From positions 310,001 through 374,000 of the forward strand of contig JAQGDQ010002380.1 of assembly GCA_030141605.1 (NCBI GenBank): a stretch of 64,000 bases of DNA, in the 5' to 3' direction. This DNA comes from Tubiluchus corallicola (taxonomy: Eukaryota; Animalia; Priapulida). Each line of letters opens with the position of its first letter. Position 1 is the first letter of the stretch. A program made the translations under genes and the position numbers. Positions 53,101 to 64,000 of this stretch are shown piece by piece. The notes under the pieces are model-generated. The model ran no database searches, was not told the origin of the DNA, and saw nothing but the letters and a program-made list of their open reading frames with translations.

Positions 53101-56100
53101 TAGCTTTATGTAAGTAAAGGGCTTTCTTGCCTTTTATGACAATTTTTTGGTGTTTTAATTAATCCTATTCAGTTTTCGAATTTGCCTGAAGAGGGGAGAC
53201 AGCATGAGAGGAACATGGAAACTATTCAAAGGTGGGATGGGGGTGGGGGGGTGGGGGGTTACAGTAATGGTGGCAGTGAAGCACTTGCTGTTACTTTAAT
53301 GTTTCTTTTTACTGGCTGTTACACACACGTGCATGCACGCACGCGCACACACACACCCACACACACGCACTGTTACATAATATAGTAAAATATATCATAT
53401 CACTCTTTTCGGTGATTCTAGATTGCATAGCACTCCTACAATAGGACTAGTTGAAGTTTAGCAAACAACTATCACAATTACTAACCTGACATTCTGTGCA
53501 TTAAATTTAGAAATCCACAGATTAAAGATACGAGACAATGCCGCTATGATAAAACTAAGGGTGCATTCAGACTAGCGAGTTTTCTGTTGGGAGTTTTTCT
53601 CTAACACCAAACTTGCAAGTGTGAACTGCTTTGCGAGTTACTATCGACAAGTCATTGCACACTTTCAGACAGTTGCTACGAAATGATTTCCTGTTTAGTG
53701 TGAACAGTCTCAGCGAGTTACTCTTGACACGGCTCCCAGTGAATAGAGGAGGAGTATCAGCTGGTGCTTACTTCATGTTGGAGAATTTTGTTCTTTAGTC
53801 TGAACGTGCTTGCGAGTTACTTGGCGAGAAAATTTGTTAGTATGAATGCTTCATTACTCTCAAAAGCAGTGCGACAAAATATCAACATTCTTGCAACAGT
53901 CAAGTCATCTAAATTCTTCTTTGTAAAAAGTATTTTGGTCCGAACTTTAATACACTGTAGAATCTTATGTGAATGTTTTTTATAATACAGGTACTTGTTG
54001 GAGATTTACCTATTGTTGATGTGGAGTATGCTCCTGTTATACAACAAATGATTGTGTGTCTTCAAGATTCTGTGTCCAGGTGTGCATGTTGATAATTTTT
54101 TATTTGGTTTGTCGTGTGTCATTCGTTTTGCACTTTTCATTAGCTTTCATGTTATTATACATACTATAAAATTGCTGCAAATTGTACAAATCTGCAATTA
54201 ATCTCTATTTCTATGAAGTGTGTTTGTGTATGTTTGTTTATTTGTTTGCTATAAAGTCCTGTTTTACTTATTTAACTTCAAATTTGGTCTATTAAGTTGC
54301 TAATACATCACACTCCCCATTGAATTATGGGATATGTACAGTTATGTGTAGAAATCAATTAACAAAAGCTGAAGACAGTCTACTTTTTAACTTTTGGCAG
54401 GAGCTCTACTTACATGAAAAAGAATTTAAAATACACTATGTTTCAGTCCATTGTTGGGTTCAAATTCTGATTGGATGAAAATTTTTCATTGTCTCATTCT
54501 TCATTCATTAGTCATTGATGTTATTATTGTTGTAAGTATAAGGCTTCATGTGTGTGTGTGTTTTACCTTCAGGTAAAAGGAAAAAGTTATGTGAGTAGCA
54601 AGTACATGTTTGCTGCATGTCTGGTGCTCTTAGCATTGTGCTAAAATGTGTTATTTTTAGTCTACTTCTTTTGTAATCTTTGCTGTGCTGCTTGTGGTTG
54701 TATTGTACAGTGTCCAGAAAGGTAATCCCCCACTTTGCCAGTTATCTTTTTGCCAGTCTACTTTTTCACCAGTCTACTTTTTTGCTAGTCTACTTTTTTG
54801 CCAGTCTACTTTTTCGCTAGTCTATTTTTTGCCAGTTTTCTTTTTCGCCATTCCACTTTTTCACCTCTCCACTTTTTCGCCAGTCTTCTTTTTTGCTAGT
54901 CTATTTTTTGCCAGTTTTATTTTTCGCCATTCCACTTTTTCGCCAGTCTTCTTTTTTGCCAGTTTTCTTTTTCGCCAGTCTTCTTTTTCGCCAGTCTTCT
55001 TTTTCGCCAGTCTATTTTTTGCCAGTCTACTTTTTCGCCAGTCTACTTTTTCGCCAGTTTTCTTTTTCGCCGGTCCACTTTTTTGCCAGTCTTCTTTTTT
55101 GCCAGTTTTCTTTTTCGCCAGTCTTCTTTTTCGCCAGTCTTCTTTTTCGCCAGTCTATTTTTTGCCAGTCTACTTTTTCGCCAGTCTACTTTTTCGCCAG
55201 TTTTCTTTTTCGCCGGTCCACTTTTTTGCCGGTCCACTTTTTCCCCGGTCCACTTTTTCCCCGGTCCACTTTTTCGCCAGTCTTCTTTTTGCCGGTTTTC
55301 TTTTTCGCCGATTTTCTTTTTCGCCAGTCTTCTTTTTCGCCAGTCTACTTTTTCGCCATTCTACTTTTTTGCCAGTTTTCTTTTTTGCCAGTCTTCTTTT
55401 TTGCCGGTCCACTTTTTTGCCAGTCCACTTCGTTAGGTTAATAATGATTAACAATGAAGACTTGACGCTTTAAATGCTTTGTGAACGGAAGATATAAATC
55501 CTACAGAGCGTGCCATATATCACTGGATTTGCACTGAAATGATGAATCTGATGCACTGTGCCAAAATCGCGAGTCCAATCGAAAATTTAACATTCAGAAT
55601 CTGCTGTTATTTTCATTCTGAGATGTTTAGTTTCCGAGATATGCACCTTTTTGGAATAACTTAAAAATATACATAGCTAGTCCACCAAATTTAGTATGCT
55701 TGTAGTTAGGGTAGAGGGCCACCTCAGGTTGTGACCCTGTGACCCTCCTGAGTTATAACCCAAAAATCATCAAAAGAGGTCTATTTTTGAGAAATAGTTA
55801 CTCCTGCAGGAAGCGCCATCTATTCAAACGAAAAAAAACATGAAAGTACTATGCCTTGGCTATCAGTAACTTGCTTAGCTTTGTCGAACACTGAACCATT
55901 GCCCTTTTACAATGCCACAAACATGCCATTGTCTGTATAATGCTTAATATACTTAACATATACGACAGTTGCAAAGATTAGTATCTTCAATACTAATGAA
56001 TAAAAGTATCATCACCATGTTCGAATGCATATACATTGTACGTTCTTTGTCACTCAGGTTAATAGTGAGTGGGGGCAACCGGCAACCAGTTTTTTAAATG

Positions 56101-59100
56101 ACTATCAATTCATTTAGTGAGCAGGTCCCATGTTGCTTAATTTTGCAGCTAATGACACACTGTGAGCAACAAGCTAATTCTGTCATTCATGATGAAGCAA
56201 TAAAGATACATTTATTTTCAGGGAGATGTTGGAGGCAAGAGCACCGGATAGTTTTGCTCTTCCTGCAGCTAACACGTCCCAGATGAAACTGCACGGTGTC
56301 CACTTGACGGTTAAAGCTCCGGCCGACTCCGGCTACGACTTTTATTCCCGCTGTTTTTTTCCCTGGGATGGACTGCTTGAAGATCCAGTTTGTGGTAAAC
56401 AATGTGCATTGTTTATGTAAGAATGAATGGACATACTATTTAAATATATGAATTAATTATAATTATCTTTGCTTTAAAGTAAAGCTAAACAAAAGAAATT
56501 ATGTTTATTATTCAACCGTCAGTTGCTACCACACCAGCTGACTCACACAGTAAATTAGCTAGCTGAGTAAAAAGTTAAAAAGAGCTTCTGGGGAATGTTC
56601 TCGATGTGCTCCATTTTGCAGTGTCTATGTTTGCCAGTAAGTGGCGTATCTACTGGTGTTCTTTTGTAACCGGGGCGAAAGACACAGGCAAGGTTTGGAG
56701 TGGAAAACAGATAGAGTATCGGCAGTGGGACTGATACAGGAAAGTTGTAGGGTGTGAAGAGAACCACCTAAACTGCAAGGGTGCCCAAATCAATACCAAA
56801 ACACTAAAATGATCCCACACGTGTGTCTAACGTTGCATATTTGTGTGTTTAATTTTGAATTGACTGCTTTCTCATTAAAAAATTTTTCAAAGTTAGTATC
56901 TCTGCCAGCACACGCACACAGTATGACCACGAATCCATACTGCATTTGCCATATTTCACCCAGTGATTTCGTCATCATCACATGCCCGTTATGTCAGTTG
57001 TAGACATTGCGTAGGCAGAACTCTAAAATAAAAGAAATCTACCCTCAAGACAGGTAAACACAGCAGTAATCCAGCAAAAACTAGACACTGCTATGGCAGT
57101 GGCTTGTTCGCAAGAGCTAAAATCTTCGCAGCTGGCAAAAATGTCGGCTGGCTCCACTTCCATCTCTGAGCAGCTGGCGCGACTAAAGCTGCGTTTCTTA
57201 TCGGCTAGGTCGACTGTAGAAGTGAATTGCCTGGAGTTCAGCTGAAACGACATGGCTCTGGCCTCTAGTTTTAAGATGAAGATTAGTTTTAGTTTTGTTC
57301 TGTTTTAGTCTTACATTTTCTGTCTTAAGTCTGACTGAAAATCACTATGTCACTGAAGGAGTTGCCAGTTTTATGGTTTTTCTGTTCTAGTGCAGAAGGA
57401 CTAATGTGGTAATAGTTCCAGTGAATAAAGTATACATTGTAGGCCTGATTTTCAAAAACATGAAATGTTTTTTTCAAAAACATGAAAAGCCTATCTTAAT
57501 TCATTATGTTTGCATGTTTAAAGTTTGCAATGTTTGATGCCAGTAATCTTCAACTAATTTCTGACTATGTTAGGGTCGGCTCACACTGTATTTGGTTGTT
57601 ACTGGCAAAAAGTGCTGGGAAAATCAACTTTTCAAGGTAGGATAATTTGGTGCTTTATGACGTTTATTGTAATTTAACTTATGATGCTTATTCGTTTATG
57701 ATCTGATTTTGTGTGTTTTTCAGTATGTCAGTAGATCTCAATTTAAATTCTGTGCAAGATTATTACCATGCTGACAAAGAGCGATATAGGTTCGATTTAC
57801 TTAATATTGTGCAGCACACTGTAATTCAATGTGTGTAAAGTCCTCGAAAGGTTAAAAAATGAAAATTTCCAGCCATTGTAAATAACTGTATCTTAATTGA
57901 CACAATTTTTCACAAAAAATTACAGAATGCTAGAAAATATAATTGTTATTTTGAACAATATATATTTTTAGTGGCCAGTCACAAAGTATAATTACTGCCC
58001 TGCAATACCATATCACATAGACTTGTGCAGCATATGTTACCGGAACAGTATCTTGCTTAACCCTTTTACCGCCTCCATGATGTACTATTATGTCTATTTT
58101 TTGAACTGGCTTATGCCTATTTGACATACATATTTATCATTAATATCTAGCACTCCATTTAAACTCTGGCGAAGTGTATTATCGCTTAGTCTAGTACGTT
58201 TAGACAGCTAGCAGGGCCCAGCACAGCTCCAGGAATATGTGTGAACTGAGTTTGACCTTATTTCCTTGGCTACATAGCACATCTGCTATGTACATATATG
58301 TCTTCGACTGTGAGTTCTGCATCATTTGAAATTTGCTGTTTTTGCACATTTGTATTATTATTAATAATAATCTTTTATTCGTATAAAAATTTTTATACAG
58401 CAATGTAGTTTTAGTATAAATAATTAATACAATGAAAAATAATTTTTGTTAGTAATTAAAAAACAAGAGATTTAGAGATTTTAAGACAATTTTCAGCAAA
58501 AAGTTTAAAGATTTGATAGTTTTGTAGGTTTTAATGCATATGCACACTCTCTTACTTATTTTCCAGACGATGGACCTATATATATATGTTCTAAACATTC
58601 TTGGTAGATATATAAAAATGATCTGTAAAGGGATTATTATTCTTGTACACAATTCTACGTGATTTTAGGGCTTTTGGTTTTTGCATGTATTTTACTTTTG
58701 ATAAATGTATACCAAAACAAATATGTTATTAATTGTGACTTGCACAAGTTGATTTTCGGGCTGAATTTAGGTGCTGAAGCTGTTTCACTTGCATGACATT
58801 ATAATTTTGCTTTGGAGGTTCATTTATTGATCTAAATTCAGTTTCATGTGCAGTTTCATATCACCATATTGCCTCATTTGCAAATAAATATAAAACATAA
58901 ACAAGTAAGTAAATATATAGGCCTAATAAATTTCCGTGAATGAATGTAATGATTGATTGAATGAATGAATGAATGAATAGGTGGGTGCATCATTGATTTT
59001 TATTTCGCTTGTTGAAATCATCTCTTTGTTTCTTATGAACAATACCAAAGTAAAGTTGCAAAGTTGTTATTTTGTCATGTGCTTTGTGCGTTTTTGTAGC

Positions 59101-59212
59101 TCGTCAGTGCTCAAAAAGAGGAGGAGATGTCTACGTGAATGTACGAGAAGACAAAAGAGTCGAGATTGGAGGCAAGTCTGTAGTCATTATAGAAGGAAAG
59201 ATCCATTTGTAG
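50164..59212 (+). CDS. PBLD: PhzF/PhzC-family (PBLD-like) protein, copy 2, 296 aa, 7 coding exons
   Basis: Exons 50164-50274, 51076-51274, 52608-52750, 53991-54079, 56222-56394, 57574-57636, 59100-59212 (891 nt, open). Motifs GNAAAVC, EMNLSETCF, LCGHATLA, DFYSRCF, EDPVCGSAH. Confidence 0.96.
54733..55430. repeat. Minisatellite of 17-18 bp unit (TTTTTCGCCAGTCTACT variants)
   Basis: About 40 degenerate units; produces the F/S/P-rich and K-rich spurious ORFs at 54685-55473. Confidence 0.95.
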
Positions 59213-62200
59213 TCTAAATCATGGAATCGTACTTAATCTGATTGCTTTATCACAGTGTTGCCATTCTGGTTGATAAAGATTATTGTTTTGGAGGCTAAAA
59301 ATTATAGTATTTTCCACCATATTATCGCATTTTCATGCAAAATTCAAAATTACTGTGTATTTGCAGCAAATTATTATTATCATTGTATAATTATGCATTT
59401 AATAAGTAACCATAACACCAAAAAGTACCATTAGCAAGTGTAAAATTAAGTTTATCAAAACACAATAGAATGTTGCTAATTCCTGCATGTGCAGAACGAA
59501 GCCTGATCGTTGTCATCATGGCCATTTGACAACTATGAATGGCCCCTTTAAACTGATTAACTGTAACTGCTTCCCTTTGAGGTAAACCATTCCACAGATC
59601 CTATGACTGATAAAAAATTTCGTAATATAAAATTTATTCTTTAATTTTTACCGTTTGTTAAACTACTCTCTTTTGAAATTACTGCTGTTTTCTGAAAACT
59701 GTTACCACTAATTTGCAACCAGCATGGTTTGAACTACAACAAAATCAAAATTTATTTACATTTCCACGGTAAGCAGTAATGTATTTTCATATCTAAATTA
59801 TCCTGTAATTATCTGTTATCATACAGTCTGTTTTTTTGTATGGTATGAAGCATCAAATTATCGTATATTCGAATAAATTTCATATAAAAAGCAACCCTGT
59901 TTATCATTTTCATGTCAGGTAAGTGCTAGAAAATAGAACGAAGGTAGACTGTAGCAGTGTGTAGTTAATATAAAAAAGAGTTCCTTTAAGGGAAAATAGA
60001 ATGGTGTATAATGTTCTCTTATGATCAGTGATTATTTTATCATTTTTATGTTTTTATTTAGAAATGCTCCTTTTAAGGGAAAATTAAAATAAGCTTTTAG
60101 CATGTAATGGACTGAGTGGAATTCTGAAATAGTGTTGTTCCCTATAATAATTTTACAATTTTAGTCAAAGGATTATGTGCAGTTTTAATAGAAATATTAT
60201 TTTATGTTCTATGCACTAAGTGGGATGGACGTTTTTGTTGTTGTTGATATACACTATCTTTTCTCTATATACCAGCTAGAACTACACCACTATTGTTATG
60301 CATTTGGGAAGTTTTACTTATGGACCAAAGTTGACCTTGCCTTTTTTGCCCATTTCTGAAGTTAATTATTGTAGGTTTTATATTTTAGAATTTAAATGTG
60401 CCACATTGTTCCTTTATTAGGGTAGAGGATTGAGTAATATTTTATCAATTGTGCCAAATAAATTATCTTGTTCTCGCTTAAAGCGGCTTAGGACTATAAT
60501 AATGGTGGTTATATGCGCCATGCAGTTTCTATATTTGAATGAAAATACAGCATTATTTTGTTAATTGTGCCAAATGAGTTAATACGTTTCTGCTTAAAGT
60601 GGATTATCAAGTTACTGCTGTGTTATTTGATTACAGTAATTTTTGTGGCTTTATAAATCGTGGACCAAGTCCACATTAAGATGAAATTATATTTTTTGTA
60701 AACAGGATGAAACAGGATAGGAAATAAGTTAACAGGTTTCTGCTTAAAGCAGATTACCAAGTTACAGATGCACTAAGCTATACTTTTTGATTACAGTCAT
60801 ATTTATAGCTGTATAAATCGTGGATTGAATAATTAAAATGAAATTATTTTCGTTTCTTTAATGAGATTATTCTTGTTTATTTAAACTTTAACTATGTTTC
60901 TGTGTTACAATAAATGAACTCAAAGCAGAAAATGCAGTTCCTTATATGTTTAAATTCCTGGCAAGAATAAGGGGGCATTTTATAGTACAATTCTAATGTT
61001 GTATATGTTAGATATCATGAAGCAATATCAATTTATCAGAATAGCTCATTGCCACACACTTAAGATTTCTGGAAGTCAGTGATCAAAAGTTATATTACTG
61101 CATATTTTATTTAATAAAAACTTTAATTTGCAAACAATATGCAGCCAGTAATATGCTAGAATCTTGCTTGTTTCTCTTGTCACATCAAACTCGCATGTAC
61201 ACAATCTCTAAGAACACTTAAATTGTTGCATGAGGTCTGTCTCAACAGTAAGAACAGCTACATGTGGGAGTTTTCTATATAATAGCTTACAATAACTGTA
61301 CGATAAAATGATTTACTATTACCAGTTGACAGAGTACCACAATGTATAGAAATGAACAAGTGAACTCATAAGATATCATACTAAGTGCAGGTGATGCTAC
61401 TCATTGTATAATAAATAAAAATTGGAAAAAGTCAAAAAGTTGATAAATCTTGTTGCTGTCTCATTTGATGTGACTTATCAAATGCACTTTCACTGTTTCC
61501 TTCATGCACTTTACTTAATCACAGCCTCTTTTTGTTGTTAGCTGATGTTATTTTTCCGTAATTTGTTGTGATTTTTGTTATACAGTCATGCAATTTGTTT
61601 TGTTTTTTTACAGAAGAAGTGGTAGTTTGTTAACATTCTACTTTATTTAATCTCATTTTAGGTGTCTGTTTATGTGCATAATACATATTTATGGTAAAGT
61701 TTTTTCGTATTAGGCTGCTTATTGACAAATAAGAGAAATGCTCACCTACTATGCAAGCAATTATTTAAGTCTTGCTAAAATTAATAAATGAACAATCACA
61801 GCAATTTATCGTTAAAAAAATTAACATTGTTAATACTTTTGTGGTGTGTGGTGTCTGATATGAGAGTCGTCGTAAATACGCTGTCAACGCGTTGCCAAAC
61901 GATCGGTTTTCCTGTTGAAGATATCCCGTTGTGGGATGTGTGAAAAAGTGGGATGCATCGTGAGGGATATTTTAAATTTGAGTGATATAAACAAAATTGG
62001 TAGGTTTGCAATACAGATAAGGCTGAACCTCTTACAGTCAGTTATGATACCAGTGATTTATAATACAGAAACATGGAGTGAAGTAACAAAAGTAGAAATG
62101 GGTAGGATGGAAGAAATTCAGAAGGATATGTTACAAAAACTAGTATTATCACAGAAGGTGTCAACTAGTTATAGGGGTATGCTAATAGAACATTGTACAT

Positions 62201-62944
62201 AAGTATATGCTGTAGGTATACAGTTTGTACATATAAAGACTCTTAAAAAGTCAGCCTGGAAGAAACGTGTAAAAGAAAACGTAAAAAAATTATTAAAATT
62301 ACTGCACATCACCAGATATACTCAAGAACTAAGTTAAGGTTCTTATCTTATGAGCTGAGCATGATAAACCCAAGCAGTATATAACTGAGTTAACACTAGA
62401 ACAGACAAAAAGGGTTTTAGAGATAAAGCTTAATATGCTACCACTAAAATGTAATTATAGAAGTAAGTTTAAAGGAGATATATGGTGTCCGCTATGTGGT
62501 AAAGACAGAGGATCTATTCAGACGGTTATAAGAAATGTGCTACCAACTACAGAAGTAAATTTCCAAAGTCTGATTGAGTCAGAAGATGCACAAATAGCAA
62601 AGCAGTAGGTGGAATTTGTTCAAATAGCAATGGAAACAAGAAAAAGAAGAGGTGTCGTGCTGGGAATTTAGCCAAAATAGTAACAGTCATAAATGGTTGA
62701 TTAACATCAATGCTGATTACGTTACTTGTGTCTTGCGCGATAATATTCCTTTGTGCCTATCTAACCAGATAGAGTTAACACCGAGGAAACAACGAAACAA
62801 CATGTGCTTACTGGAGAACCGCAACTGCAGCGACATGACATAGAGGAAGTTGAGGAACTGCAAGATGTAAAATGTACAACACTCATCGTATAGAAAAATA
62901 TAATCTTAAAGTGAACAATACAAAGACCAAAGAATACGTTATAC

Positions 62945-63948
62945 CCACTGCTAATTTAAACATCAACAATTCTTCCTAAATATCTTTTAATGACACAGAT
63001 AAAGTCAAGGAATACATTATTTAAAAATGTGTATAGTTACCAGTCTCATGAAGAAGTGAAACAGCTTTATACAAATTGGGCAAATTTTCCAGGATTTCAA
63101 ACATGTGGTGTAGATGAAATTGATAAAATGCATCTGAATTGCATATTAAAAGAATTTTGTAATAAACTTAAATCAATGTACAGAAAACTATTTTTTACAA
63201 AGCTACATAATGATCCTAGACACAGTGATGGCAAAAACAAACTAAGATTTTATAGATATGTAAAAATCAGTAATGAATTAGAAGATTATTTCAAAATTAT
63301 TTCTAATGAGAAACAGCGACAAATGATTACGAAATTACGTAACAGCGAATATGACCTGGAAATAGAATGATTTAGATATCAAAATAAAAAAGGGCGTGAA
63401 AGGCTTTGTCAATACTGTCACAACAATAGCTCAAAATTAGTAGAAAACAAATTATATTACCTTTTTACTTGTCTTTTGTATAAAGATATTAGACAAAAAT
63501 ATGAGCATAAATATATCTTTGCAAAAAGGTAACATATACTCAGTAATGTGGTTTTTTTCTAATTGCAAACCCAGAAGACCTTATTCACTTTGGAAACTGC
63601 TTAAATGAATGTGATAAAAAAGGCAGTTATATCTTGGTGGTAATCTGTGAGTGCTGGATAAACCTTGTGCTGTGATTGTGTAATTTAATCTCGTTTGTGA
63701 TTATATTAATTATTTAGGTTTTGTGTTTTTACTACTACTTTGTAGTTGTAGCATAAAGTTTTATTTCATAAGAGCACATAATTTCTTATTAGATTTAAGT
63801 AAGTTGTACAAACTCGTGGTTTTGCAATGTTGCATAATTGCATCTGTATTTGTTGTTTTTCGTGTTTCTTGTACTTTGACTTTTTTGCAATTGTAATTTT
63901 TTGCCATGATACGCTATTGTATTTGTGCAATAGAACAAAATTGAAATT
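62945..63948 (+). mobile_element. Unit-3 copy of the RTE-X-like LINE fragment
   Basis: Near-identical to 48557-49561; ORF 62990-63370. Confidence 0.7.
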
Positions 63949-64000
63949 GAAGATGCGGTAATGATTCGTGGAAAAGATGTAAATAACTTGGTAACTTGTA

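Larger units (their letters stand above)
27900..64000 (+). repeat. Tandem segmental duplication: unit 1 about 27900-46440, unit 2 about 46441-60865, unit 3 about 60866 to window end
   Basis: TTATTCTTGTTTATTTAAACTTTAACTAT...ACAATAAATGAACTCAAA occurs at about 27901, 46442 and 60867; colinear similarity of 34281-49613 with 50074-64000; paired ORFs in the track. Confidence 0.93.

Noticed and set aside
54685-55473. Overlapping F/S/P-rich ORFs up to 262 aa
   Set aside because: Stop-free minisatellite inside a PBLD intron. Not a CRISPR array either: no unique spacers, and the context is eukaryotic.

Overview
AT-rich, intron-rich invertebrate (metazoan) genomic DNA; most ORF-track entries are spurious. 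1-24.5 kb holds the 3' part of a calcineurin A gene (PPP3CA/CanA, + strand) with exon sizes and phases matching the vertebrate gene. It also carries a second, divergent calmodulin-binding exon (18663-18762), frame-incompatible with the canonical one (21493-21580), and a divergent duplicate of the next exon (19055-19150/19185), plus candidate 3-nt and 9-nt microexons. 27.9-64 kb is a tandem array (units of about 14-18 kb) with two intact 7-exon, 296-aa PhzF/PBLD-family genes and the start of a third unit. Both proteins have the Cys/Cys pair typical of racemases/epimerases. Copy 1 has lost the conserved NLSET glutamate, has substitutions clustered at active-site motifs and has a solo LTR just upstream. 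Nested LINEs, MITEs, a truncated P element, a tRNA-derived SINE and simple repeats fill introns and spacers. All coordinates were read by eye; no database searches were run.
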